From assembly GCA_000004985.1 (NCBI GenBank), contig GG738847.1: 64,000 nucleotides of DNA; one strand, 5' to 3'. Below the pieces are notes generated by a model. It was not told the DNA's origin. It worked only from the letters and a program-made list of their open reading frames with translations, and did not search any database. A program made the position numbers and the translations under genes. Positions 34,601-46,199 of the stretch are shown piece after piece. How positions within the stretch are numbered: the stretch's first letter is position 1; each line of letters begins with the position of its first letter. Origin of the DNA: Naegleria gruberi (lineage: Eukaryota).

Positions 34601-34894
34601 TTTCTTCTTTTTAATACCAGTAAATTTTGAAGTTCTAATAGTATTTTCCTCCAATTCTTCCTCATCATCGGATTCTTTCTTTTTCTTCTTTTTTGCTGTA
34701 GTCTTTTTTGCTGGTTGCTTTTTCTTTGGTTTTTCCTCTTCTTCATCAATGAATTCAAAGTCTTCATCCTCATCGGATGATTCATCCTTTTTTCTCTTCT
34801 TGCTACCACCAACCGACGATGGTACAGAAGGAGATGCGCTCGATGAAGCACCCTTCTTCTTTGTGAATGAATAAATGTTTTGTTGGACAGGCAT
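31609..34894 (-). CDS. MSH6: DNA mismatch repair protein MSH6 (MutS family). 3 exons: complement(join(31609..33603,33651..34191,34237..34894)), introns 45 and 47 nt.
   Basis: The MutS ATPase domain carries Walker A TGPNMGGKSTILR and the motifs STFMVEL and DELGRGTST. The exon 1-2 junction restores the conserved GY..RVEQTET...REIC block. The N-terminus MPVQQNIYSFTKK matches the MSH6 PIP box (QSTLYSFF). Donors are GTAAGT. Confidence 0.9.
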
Positions 34895-34963
34895 TTCGAT
34901 ATATTTTTTTTTGATGATTTATTTGATTCCACCAAATGCTAGCACTCAAATGGGCGGGAGATT

Positions 34964-37865
34964 TTATGCACTGGTTTGGTTAACTTGTTGCTTGCTTTGC
35001 TTTGCCTTTTTCTTGAGACAACGAGTATTGGATCGTTCTGCCATCAATGAAATGAGAGAGTACATGTGTTTGACCTTTTGTTTGTTGAATTTTTCTTTTT
35101 GAGCTTCAATGTAGGCCATCTTGTCCTCAATCTTATTTTCCTCTTTGGATATCACTTCTGTACCATCCTTTGCGAGGGATTTCAAGTGAGAGATTACTTC
35201 ATCAATAGATTGAGAAAATGAAATCTTTTCCTTTCCAGAATATTTTTGATGAAGTGGTGAATCTTCCAAATTAATGTACTTTTTCCTCTTCTTATTCTTC
35301 ACTTGAATGGACAAGTCGAATGTAATGCATGACGGATCAACAATGATGGTCAATGGTTTCTTCTCATCAAGTGTGAGATTGAGTGATTTAAAGTAGGTTG
35401 GGAATAAATTGCTATAGTGATCCTTAACTAGATTCAATTTTTCAACATAGGTGACATTCTCAGTGTTGGCATTAATGATATTTACATCGAGAACCAACTC
35501 TCTATCGAATGTTTCATTCAATTGTTTTACCCAACAATTCACATTATCAAATTGTGATTCGTTTTCTGTAGAGTTGTCCTTTACAATAACCATACACAAT
35601 CTTGGTCTCTTTTGAGGTACTGTATAGCCAACTGGTGGTACGTTTTGAGGCTTTTGAGATTTCAATCCAGAAAATGATATGCCACGAGCGTGAGTCATCT
35701 TCCACTTTAAAAATTCCTTCAAAAGTGAAAGATCCTGTACAAAGTCATCCATACTAATACCATGAGATTCCAAAAATTCAGTCATTAATGCCATATTGAA
35801 TAACTTGTAGTTTACAGCAGGAATGAAAATTCCAACTGGCTCATTCATATCCTTGAGAGCCTTACGGATAAATGAAGCTTCTCTTTCAGTCCTGTCGAAA
35901 AACTCGATTCTTGCATCATTTTCATATACAGAACTTGTTGCATCATAACCAGCAAAGTATTTCGTATCGACAGTAACATTTGGTGAAATGGTATGGAATG
36001 CTCTGTCTAACATTTTCAATGTTTCAGTCTCGATAAAGTGATGCAACACTCTTGGAAGATAGGCATCGACTGATCTGGAAATTGTGACATAGGCCGGTAA
36101 TTTTTCTTGAGCGACAATGATTCTTTCAAGCTTGTTCATTTCATCTACGATTTGATCCTTTGTCAAGTACTTGGAAGGTAAACCACTTGGACAAACTCCA
36201 AACATTTGATTGACATTACAATACTTTTCAACTGTTGGGAATCTATAATTCATTTGTAATAAAGATAAATGGAAATAATTAATACTCTCCAAAAACAAGA
36301 CAATAAACTTGGATAACTCATAGAGATGTTGTAAAGCAAACAGCTTTCCCTCGCACCACATATTTAACAATTCCTTTGTAAATACTGACTCTTCATCGAA
36401 TCTTATTGACTGAACAGGTTGTTTTGTGAACATGGCATTCTCATCAAACAAGACTCCTTTGAAAAACATTTCATGCAAGAAGTCTGACATTCTCTTTCTG
36501 TTAAACTTTTTGATTTCCTCTGTATTGTTCATATGCTTGGTTTCTGGCAATACATTCTTACCATAGCACAAAATCTTATCTTCCTCTACCATTTCTGCAA
36601 ATACTTTGAACAGGGGAGCGTATTGTTTTCTTGGAACCATGTTAAAAAGCATTTCATCATCTGTTGAAAAGTAGTCCAAATCAATGTCAAGCAAATAAGA
36701 TGTAGAGTTGAAAAATTGAGCATTCTTGTTGATTTCTCCAGTTGTTCTATTGAATAGAGATTTCATTCTAAATACATCCCATTGAATTGGAATAGTTTCC
36801 TTCTCTGGTTGATTGAATTCTTCATAGGGAGAGCATACACCTGCTTTAGCAATTTGTGAAATATTGCCCAATCTCTTTGTTACAGTTTTTTTGCCATTTC
36901 TATTGATTTTTCTTGTCCATTTGTACCCATCTGATTTTCTATAACACAAGTAGGTAGTTTCTGGGTCAACTGTGTCTGTTTGTCTAATATCTTCAATAGA
37001 TTGAGATCCCTTCAAAACTGCTGACTTTCTCACTCCCAACTCGGCATTGAAACGACCTTGTCCAAAATTGTATCCACCTCCCTCAAAGTCACTTTGAAGC
37101 CATACTACCTTTGGACTAACCAATCCCAAATATTGTCCAACAGGAATGAAATCTCCAATAGATGTAGCTTCCAATAATTCACTCAAATGTGTATCATTAA
37201 AGACATGTCTAAATTTGGTTTGATTCTTTGAATTAACATATTGCACTCTTTCATAATTTGAAGGATTTTCAATAATATCTCTAAATTTCTTAAAATTGAA
37301 ATAATGTTGTGGAATTTGAGCATCAGAGTGAGAATCAATATGAAGCAAAGGTAATCCTTGATATTGTAAATTATATTCATTAGAATTTGCCTTCTCACCA
37401 TCATATTTAATTCTAGGAATGAGACCCAACTTGTGAGCTCTCACCCAGAAAAACAATGCATAATTGTGCTCATCAAAAATTCCAATATGAACCCTATTCT
37501 TCTTTTTCTTGTCCTTTCCAATAGTTTCGTTCAATTTCTTTGCATAATTCAAATAGGCAGGAGTTGAAGTGATTGGAGCTGGAAATTTACTCTTTGCTCC
37601 GAGAGTTGGATAGAAACGAGCACTTCCATGTCCAAGAGAAAAGAGTTTACTCAGTATTGTACTACTACCACCATCAGGAGAAAACAGATTCGCCTTGTAG
37701 AGAAGTGCAATGGAAAGGATTAGGATAAGGAAGGAAACAATGAGAAGGGTCTTGCTGAGTGAAGATGATTCTGTGAAATGTTAATGGGAATGTGTGATTT
37801 ATTTTGTACGAACCTGATGGTTTAGTGGCAGGTGAAGAAGATTCCTGCTTTTTCTTTTTTGCCAT
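34964..37865 (-). CDS. Large type II membrane protein with a short cytosolic N-terminus (MAKKKKQESSSPATKPS), a signal anchor (KTLLIVSFLILILSIALLY) and a roughly 900-aa lumenal domain. 2 exons: complement(join(34964..37770,37814..37865)), intron 37771..37813 (43 nt, GTTCGT...CACAG).
   Basis: The large ORF has no in-frame ATG. A 52-nt first exon with ATG at 37865 joins in phase. The lumenal domain may hold a UPF0489-like motif (LLHIDSHSDAQIP) but the family is uncertain. Confidence 0.5.
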
Positions 37866-38021
37866 TTTTTTTGATTTTAATCAATTATTATTTTGGCTGA
37901 CATCACATTAGACATTCGACATTTAAGTATTATCCAAAAATAATTGTTAAACTATTGCACTTATCTTAAAAACAATGTTAGTCATCGCTAAAAGAAAAAA
38001 TTGGAAATATAATGGATACTA

Positions 38022-40056
38022 CTATATTTCTCCAAAAATATTTCCATCATCTGTGTCGGTTACTGGAGTTCTGTATTTTTCTTTTTGCTTGAAAAACTCA
38101 ACTGATGTTCTACACTCGATTGGGTACAAACTCTTTACAAATGTAATGCATTCCTCTACTGTCCATCTTTCAACATTGTTTTTTTTTGTCATGTTCAATA
38201 TTAATTCTTTCATAAACATATTGAACTGCTTTCTATGGGTTTCTTCCATATCGTTTTTAATATCTGTTCTTAAAGACTCATTGATTATTTCACTAATAGA
38301 ACGACCTAATGAAAACAAATCACTTTTAGGAGAAACACTGCCATGTTTTCTCTTTTCTGGTGAATCATAAGAAGGAGATCCAGAAGTTGAAGTGATTACA
38401 TTCTGGTCAAAATCCTTACAGACATCTCCATCACAGCTAGCATATTCAATTGACAAGCCATAATCAATTATAAAATAATGGTTGTCATACTTTACAATAT
38501 TTTGTGGTTTTAAATCGTTGTGAATTATTCGACTATTTTTGAGAAAATACAGTTGCACCAATAAGTCTATAGTCAAACTAATAATCTCTTCCGGATCTGA
38601 TATAGTCTCAACCTTTTCACCCTCCAACAAGATAATTTCTCCTGAACTTGCACGAGTGATGAACAATGTTAGGAACTTAAGATTACCTATTAATGAATCA
38701 CTACTATTCGGCTCAACTTGTTTACAAAAAGCCTTCCAACTGTTATTAGATTTTGGATTAATGATATCACATTTCCACAAAGATTTTGTTGTTTGGCAAA
38801 GTTTCTCTGGTGCTTTTTCACGTAATTTGATAATCAGTCCTCCAACAACTAAGGATGTTTGAGGCTTCTTCTTTTCTGTTTGGGGCTCTTTTATGGAAGG
38901 TTTTGAGTGCTTTAAATACGTTTCTACTATATCTGAGTCAGGAATAGAAAAGGAGTTCAAAATTATATGTATCAATTGTGCACGTTCTTTTACCTCAGTA
39001 TGTTGGAAATTTCCAAGTGTATACATTTTGTAAGATATAGATAGATCATCCTTAATATTTGCATGCATACAATACAAATTTGTTTGTATGTTGTCAGTAG
39101 TCATGCCAAGAATAAATAATTTGTCGTGTATGTTTGATTCCAGATCCTTTTTAACAAGATGTCTAATGTTCTTTGAAAGTGCCAATCTCATCACAAATAC
39201 CACTCTTAAAAAATCTGGATGATTAAAATGGCTAAACGAATGCTCATGTTTGTCTTCTCTAATAATTTTGGTAATGTACCTATCATTGTACTTTTGGGCC
39301 AAAATGGCATCAACTTGAAGTTCTTTCATTGAATCCTTAATTTTTTGTGACAACATTTTCTTATTTAACATGTTTGGTATCTGTTTGTTGCTATTGACAA
39401 ATATCTTGTTTTTGGAAAGGAGAGCCAATTCAAACAGTGAACTGAAGTGTGTTGTGGTGAGCTGCAATTCTGTAGCACAACCTAAAATGTTCAACTTTGG
39501 TGGAATAAGAGATCTAAGGATTGAAGAATAGCAATCATCACGGAGATTATAATGTTCGATAACAGCTTGAAGATTTTGAATTGAAGGATCTTGAGCATAT
39601 TTCATCAAACAACTTGTATCATCCTTGCAATTAAAAATAGGGCAAGTTTCTTTCGAATATTCAATACTCAAAGTCAACAATAACCTTCTCAAGGAAGTCA
39701 TATCAGTGCACCCTTCGATATCTGGTATTGCCACCAATTGTTCTTTCAACTTTTCATCTATTTCGTCGTTGGTTGTGACAAATGGTAATTCTTTCTTTAA
39801 ATATTGCTCTATTTGTTCCAAAAATTCAAAGCCTTGATTGATGGTATCTTGAAGCTTCTTTTTCTTGGCCTTTGGTTGTTGTTTAGATGGTGATGTTCGA
39901 CTTCTTGTTTTGCTTCTTGCAGCTTTGGAGTAAGGAACAGACAATCCAACATCATCGCCCTCTTCACATTCTTCTCCCGAAGAAGAAGAGGCTTCTTGTG
40001 TAAAATAACCAGCCTCTTGTTAAGTAAGCAACAAACATGGTTAACATACCTTCCAT
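38022..40056 (-). CDS. Protein-kinase-like protein, probably a pseudokinase or atypical kinase, with a C-terminal kinase-like domain. Predicted 7-nt first coding exon (ATGGAAG): complement(join(38022..40015,40050..40056)), intron 40016..40049 (34 nt, GTATGT...ACAAG).
   Basis: Catalytic-loop-like IIHNDLKPQNIV, DYG in place of DFG, and an SDLFSLG subdomain-IX motif. No clear Gly-rich loop or VAIK lysine. The track start is TTG with no upstream in-frame ATG, so the micro-exon is inferred. Confidence 0.55.
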
Positions 40057-40410
40057 TTTTTCTATCTAATCTCACAATAAGCTTAATGAGGCAAAAAGCT
40101 CTATGGTATTAATATGGATGAGAACTATTCCCTGACCCTGGAATAAAAGATACACCTAATTATTGAATTCTTGTACAAATTGAAAGAACATAATTTAGCA
40201 CAAAACATTAAAACGTTGTTAATTGCATTAGACATGAAGCCATCCACGTTTGATGAAAAGTGTGAAAAAAGAGAAGTGCACATCACATATTAGACATTTG
40301 ACATTACTTTAGTATTTTCTAAAACTCTATTGATATATTGTTCGATTTTCAAATTCTGTGTTAAAATTGTATTAAAACGTATTTCAACGTGATTTTTTGG
40401 TAATTAAGGT

Positions 40411-41340
40411 ATGAATATTACAAAAAGAAGTGCAAAATCAAAAAAGAATAATTTTAAAAAAATGTCTAAACTAACTTCCCTCTCCAATGATTCTCTGATG
40501 GATATTTTATTATTCTGCAAAAATGATTTAAAAACTGTGATGAGTTTGGCACTAACATGTTCCGATTGTTATCGTACTGTAACAGAGAGTTTCGATCGGT
40601 TTTGGATTGTTATTTTGAATGAGATGGCTGAACGGAATCCTACTGGTTTTAAGTCAAAGACTCTTTCTATTGTGAATCATCCATTGATTTCAAAGAGGAG
40701 TATTAAATTATTGACCATTGTTAAATCACAAATAAGATTTGAGAGGAAACGAAAAATTCTGAAAGATTATAATGGGTTGGAAATGTTGGCAAAATATAGA
40801 TATTTTGAAAATTTACAAATTCATGATCCATATGTTAACAAATTGATTTCAAAAGAGAGAAAGGAATCATTGAGATACTCTGCTGAAAATATACTCAGAG
40901 AGGTGTTTGAAGATTCACATATTGCATTAATTGATTGTTGGTTAACAAAAGTACACTCATTTGAAGTTAAAGATCTAATCGATGCTTTATTTAGAAAATC
41001 AGGAGCTCATCTTGAATTGAATGTTAAGAATAGAACCCAATCATCTTCAATCTATGACTTTTGGAAAACCCAGGATCCTTCCTACCAAGACAATCTATTT
41101 CACTGGTACAAGGTAGCATCTCTCTCAACAGTTGATAGTACTCTCCTATTTCTCAAGTTCTTTTTTCTTGAACTACCAAATAATTTAGTTTATGGCCAAA
41201 GAGTTAGTGAAACTGGATACGAACAGGAAAAGAGAAATACTGGCGCATTCAAGAAACAATTAGATAATTTGACTGTTTACGCACATCGTGTATTGATGGA
41301 AGCCATTCAGATTTTCAAAAAGGAACTTTACGATGAGTGA
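40411..41340 (+). CDS. Hypothetical protein with an N-terminal F-box-like motif, 309 aa.
   Basis: Single ORF with ATG at 40411. F-box-like segment LSNDSLMDILLFCKNDLKTVMSLALTCSDCYRTV. Confidence 0.45.
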   Translation: MNITKRSAKSKKNNFKKMSKLTSLSNDSLMDILLFCKNDLKTVMSLALTCSDCYRTVTESFDRFWIVILNEMAERNPTGFKSKTLSIVNHPLISKRSIKLLTIVKSQIRFERKRKILKDYNGLEMLAKYRYFENLQIHDPYVNKLISKERKESLRYSAENILREVFEDSHIALIDCWLTKVHSFEVKDLIDALFRKSGAHLELNVKNRTQSSSIYDFWKTQDPSYQDNLFHWYKVASLSTVDSTLLFLKFFFLELPNNLVYGQRVSETGYEQEKRNTGAFKKQLDNLTVYAHRVLMEAIQIFKKELYDE

Positions 41341-41384
41341 ATTTTGAAAAGTTTACAAAAAATATTTTTAATTTACAAATTTAT

Positions 41385-42029
41385 TTAACGCAATTGAGCA
41401 ACTTCTTGCCATGCAGGTCTAGAACTAATCTTTTCCCACCAAGTTTTAACATGTGGACGTTCCAATAGCAAATGACCAAAATTAACTTGAGGCAAGAACA
41501 AGAGACTTCCATAAGGAAGATGGAACAAATCAGCAAGAGTAAATTGATTTCCACCAATATATTCTTGTTTGCTCAAAATCTTTTCATAAACATCCAAATA
41601 TTGAGCTAATTTTTCACTTGCAACCTTAACTCTTGCTTCATCGGCTTCACCTAAACCCTTCAAGGCCTTGAAAAATTTTTCAAATATAATACCAGAAGCA
41701 TTTGGATCCCAATAGGATGTTTCAATAGAAGCACCTTGTTCGAACAAACCCAATTCTTCAGGATTGGTTGGAATGAGTTGATTTCCACTGGTCTTGTACT
41801 TGTTTTCCAAATATCTACAGATAGCACGTGATTCATAAATAGTGAATTCACCATCTTCAAGAACTGGAATCACTCCGAAAGGTTGTTTTTCAATGTAAGG
41901 AGCTTGCTTATGTTCTCCAGAAGCCAAATTAACAACAATCAATTCGTAGTCCAATTGTTTTTCCTTCAATGTTGCCAAAACACGCTTAGTGCAAGTTGCT
42001 GCAGCAAGTCCATAAACTTTAATAGCCAT
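41385..42029 (-). CDS. Glutathione S-transferase, 214 aa.
   Basis: Thioredoxin-like N-domain plus helical C-domain. Motifs VYGLAAATCTKRVLATLKEK and FGVIPVLEDGEFTIYESRAICRYL are typical of cytosolic GSTs. Strongly biased codon usage (TTG, AAG, GCT, GGT, CCA) suggests high expression. Confidence 0.85.
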   Translation of the reverse strand: MAIKVYGLAAATCTKRVLATLKEKQLDYELIVVNLASGEHKQAPYIEKQPFGVIPVLEDGEFTIYESRAICRYLENKYKTSGNQLIPTNPEELGLFEQGASIETSYWDPNASGIIFEKFFKALKGLGEADEARVKVASEKLAQYLDVYEKILSKQEYIGGNQFTLADLFHLPYGSLLFLPQVNFGHLLLERPHVKTWWEKISSRPAWQEVAQLR

Positions 42030-42329
42030 TGTTATGATGTTTGTTTTTATGTGTTTTAGAGTAATGTGTTTTTGTTTTGATTGTTATTTGTACTATCATC
42101 ATGAGTTGAAATATTGTTCTTTGAGCGTGCGTATTATTTTCTTGAAGGAAGAAATGCAAGTTTAGGACGTATGTTTTAAATGTGGACTAGAGCGGCCTAT
42201 TCAAGAGATAAATGACAGATAGTTCGTAAGGAGGATCTTTGTAATAATTATAAATTTTATTCATTAATTTAAATCATTGAGATGGTAGTAACATGATAAG
42301 GTAAAAATAAAACTTATTCCGAATAAAAA

Positions 42330-43477
42330 ATGGTCAATCAAAAGAAGGTTGAGTACAACGAACGTGGACAAAGAATTGAAAAAAGCCTTAAATATTTCGT
42401 AATTGAGGAAAGAAGAAAACGGGAAAAGGAAGAGGACGATCCACTAGAAGGCATTATGGAAGAGAGTTTGTTCATTAATAGTCAATCGGGAATGGAATTA
42501 CTTTCTCAATATTGTCTTCCAACACCAAAGAGGTTTGTAAATTGTCAGAGGAAATATAGTTTTGAAAATTTAATAGCCTAAATAATCAGCTTATTGTAGA
42601 GAATTATGATCATCATCTTATTGATTTGAATTCAATGTTGCTTGTCAAGTATGAAGACATGAATGATTTACAATCTAGGCTTGATGATATTACTACCTCA
42701 ATGAAAACATTATCCTTTGAGAAGGATGTTCCTGGAGAGGAAGAATTTCCAACTCAATTTGATGGAGTTAATTTTGAAATTAGTACTCAATTGAAAAAGT
42801 ATAAATCAAACTTTGAAAATAAGAGACTAAGCAAGTTTCTATCATGCGAAAAGAATCAAAAGACAATATTTGATTTCATCAAACCATCCCATGTAAGTTG
42901 TATTGAATCAGTAGGACATAACATTAGCCTTTCGAATGAGAAGAAAAGAAAACCCGATGAACCTAAACTCTCCGAAGAGCAATCCAACTTCAAAAAGCAA
43001 AAACTCATTTCAGAATATACATGTCATCAGAGTGGAGAGGAAATGTTTGAAATCTTAGAGAGGAGCATTGAGAGAAAGAAGAAACAGCATCAAGGACATT
43101 CTGAGAAACAAGTTGAAGAACAACATTTAGTGGTTGTACTCGAAGAATCACCAGATGTTTCATCCTATTCGTCTAAAAATCAGCCTTCCTCCTTGAAACC
43201 TCAAGAACCTTCTGCCTCAATTCAATCCAACAGTAAAGCAAAGCAATTAGAATCAAAGCCAAGTGAGGAAACTCCCATCGAAACCAAGCCAAAAACCTAC
43301 ATGGAAAGAATTAGAGATCATGCCAAACTCTTCCATTCCAAACACATTCCCAAAAGCACCCTAACCATCAAAAAGAAGCCAGAGAAACAAAAAACTAGAG
43401 ACATTCTCAAAGAGGAAGATGATTTCTCGATTCCACAGGTTGACTCTTCTGTGATAAACAGTCTCTTTTCCTATTAA
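42330..43477 (+). CDS. Hypothetical charged Ser/Lys/Glu-rich protein. Exons 42330..42532 and 42577..43477, intron 42533..42576 (44 nt, GTTTGT...AATAG).
   Basis: Two track ORFs join in frame. ATG at 42330. Confidence 0.45.
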
Positions 43478-43480
43478 AAA

Positions 43481-43887
43481 ATGTCTCAAACAACAGCTGT
43501 TGTCGATAGTAATCTTTCACACTTTAAGACAATCAAGGAATTTATTTTCAATTCCTTTGTGATACATCTCGGAACAGAGAGATGTCCAGTTCTTTCCGAT
43601 ATTTTAATGTTGTGCATGAGCTCGGCTCCACCATCATCAAGAGAAGAATTATGTCGGCTACACAAAGATAGATTGGATCATTGTTTGGATCATGAAATGA
43701 GGATAGAGTAAGTAGTAGATTTGTGTGATTTGTTTTGGATGATTATTTTCAATAGATTTGAAAGACAAATTCACTCAAATTGTTCAACTCAATTCAGAAC
43801 ATTAACTTCGGGGAAGTTGGAAAAGAACTTGGCCTATAATGAATTGATCAATTGTCTCAGGGAGCAAATCACCAAACCTACCTCCAT
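43481..43887 (+). CDS. Small hypothetical protein of about 123 aa. Exons 43481..43707 and 43756..43887, intron 48 nt (GTAAGT...AATAG).
   Basis: The ATG at 43481 lies 3 nt downstream of, and in frame with, the stop of the preceding gene. The splice extends the ORF by 44 codons. Confidence 0.4.
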
Positions 43888-44189
43888 CATTATTTAATTG
43901 TGTAGGTTACATGGAAGTATACTCTTCTTGGATCGATTTAACTTTGGATTGAATTGTAGTATTATTCGCCTGTTTAGCAATATGAACGAATGAAGCTTAC
44001 ATTAATACTAAAATTGATGAAATATTATTTTGCAATTATTCCATCAGATAATAAAGAAATAACACAACAATTTAATTAGTTTTAAATTTTTATATAAATT
44101 ATTGTTGGATTGTAAGACAATCCTTTTCGTTTGATTATGTTTGTTGGATTGGTTTAAAAACGGAGGATAATTTAGAGGAGAGGGAAAAT

Positions 44190-44651
44190 TTACAAAGTGT
44201 CAAAGTTGATGGTTTCTTCTTCCTTGCCGCTTCCTTCTTCATCAGAGTCCATTTGGTCATCACCAACGAATTCAATACCAATGTTTTCTTCAGTGGCTTC
44301 ATTAATTTTAGCATCTTTAGGGATTTCACCGAGCTTTTTCAATTCTCTGGCTTCATCAGGAAGGAATTTGTGAATAACGTCAGCCTTATCGTCTTGATAT
44401 TCTCTCAAGCCAATAAGAATAGTATCACCTTGGTTAATCCAAACCTTTCTTCTCATTGTACCTCTGATGGTGCAGAGTCTAGTCTTTCCGTCATAACAAT
44501 AACATTCAAGTCTACCGTTACCCAACATTCTAGTAACGACACCATATTCTTGTCCTTCTTCCTTGAGTTGGAGATCTCTCTTACTTCCTGCTCCACCCTT
44601 GTTCAAATCCTTTTTTCTCTTACCACCTTTTGACTTGCTCTTTGTTGTCAT
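44190..44651 (-). CDS. EIF1AX: Translation initiation factor eIF1A, 153 aa.
   Basis: Near-identical core to eIF1A ([61 protein letters not shown]) with the acidic DDQMDSDEE tail. Confidence 0.9.
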   Translation of the reverse strand: MTTKSKSKGGKRKKDLNKGGAGSKRDLQLKEEGQEYGVVTRMLGNGRLECYCYDGKTRLCTIRGTMRRKVWINQGDTILIGLREYQDDKADVIHKFLPDEARELKKLGEIPKDAKINEATEENIGIEFVGDDQMDSDEEGSGKEEETINFDTL

Positions 44652-45027
44652 TTTTAATAAAATTCAAATATTAAATAAAACTTTGAACAAAAAGTTTTTT
44701 ATTAATAGGCTCATCATCAATTCTTCTATTTTTATTTCAACAATTTTAAAATTGATGAAGAGTAAATAATAATATTCTTGGACAATGAAGTATCCATTTT
44801 CCTGATATTCTATTAATTTCATATCGTGTTGCAGTGTTAGATTGAAGTAAATTACATGTTCCGAAATATTGCTTTAAAAATTCATTTTAATTGAATGAAA
44901 AATTCAAAACAATTTAAATGATAGTTTTTTACATTATCATTCTAACATTTCCATCAATTCACAACCAAAATCAATAAACATTAATAAATATGAAACGATT
45001 TTTAATGATTTTTTAAAATAAAAAAAA

Positions 45028-46199
45028 ATGAAAACAAAGGAACATATTATGTTTGATTTGGAGATGCCATCTTCGTTAGAGAGTTTATCGGAGGCGGATA
45101 GGAAAAAATTATCTTCTTTCCAGAGAAGTAATTCAAGAGGAAATATTCAAACCTATGAAAAGATTGTGCCAATTTCTTTGAATGATGATTTGGTAATCGA
45201 TATTGATGATAATGCTGGTTCGTTGGAGTATTTGGAAATTGATTGTGGAAAAGGTAATTTTGATCATCTTGTTATTGATTGTTATTGATCTTTTTAGGTC
45301 TTGAAATTAATTATATAGAGAAGAATCCATTTGATGTATATAATGATGATAGCATTTCAGAGTATAGGTATCCAAAAGATTGTGATGTAAAAAAGAAGAA
45401 ATCAGCTAATGGTTCATCATCGAATGGACAAGTTTCTTCAGAGGATTCTTCAAGGCCTTCAAGTGCTGGCAGTAGTGGAAGCAGTAAGAGGATACGAGTA
45501 AATGCAAATCCACTCTGTGAAACAGTTTCTCATAATTTACAAATAGATACCATAGATACAGATTCTCTGAGAGATGGAATTCTTTGCCTAAGTGAAAGAA
45601 AGAGAAGAAAAAGAGCCATTCTCAATTTATCGACATTTAATGCAGAGGCTATGGTTATTGAAAAGATTTTACAGAGAAGAAAAACAGGGTTTGAGGACGA
45701 ATATGAATATTTGGTAAAACCAGAGAATTTTGAGGATACTGTTTGGGTTTCCGAAAGTGTTTGTAAAATTAAGGGAGTGAAAGCATGGGCTCTCTATCAA
45801 AAATGCACAGATTCTATACCTTCTTTTGAGAGCAAGGAGGAACAATTAATAGATGAAATATCAAAAGAAATTTGTGACTGTTTTGAAAATGATGGGATTT
45901 TGGATGCTTTAATTGATTTAGAAAAGGAGGAGAATGTAAATGCAATAATTCAATCTACATTTATGGATAATTTATTGATGAATTATTCTCAAGATTTGAG
46001 CACACTACGAAATGTAAAAACATCCATTGCTAGCTCTAAATTACCTGAAAAAATTAAGAAACACATAGACGAGAAAGTAGAACAATTTTTACAAATGTCA
46101 GCAATGAAATCTAAGCGTGATCCACTAGAAATTACCAAAAACGATATTGCACTGAGAAAGGAATTGGTGAAATTTGCAAATTATATCAACAAGCATTAA
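45028..46199 (+). CDS. Chromodomain-containing protein. Exons 45028..45253 and 45298..46199, intron 44 nt (GTAATT...TTTAG).
   Basis: Chromo-like segment EKILQRRKTGFEDEYEYLVKPENFEDTVWVSES. ATG at 45028. Confidence 0.5.
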
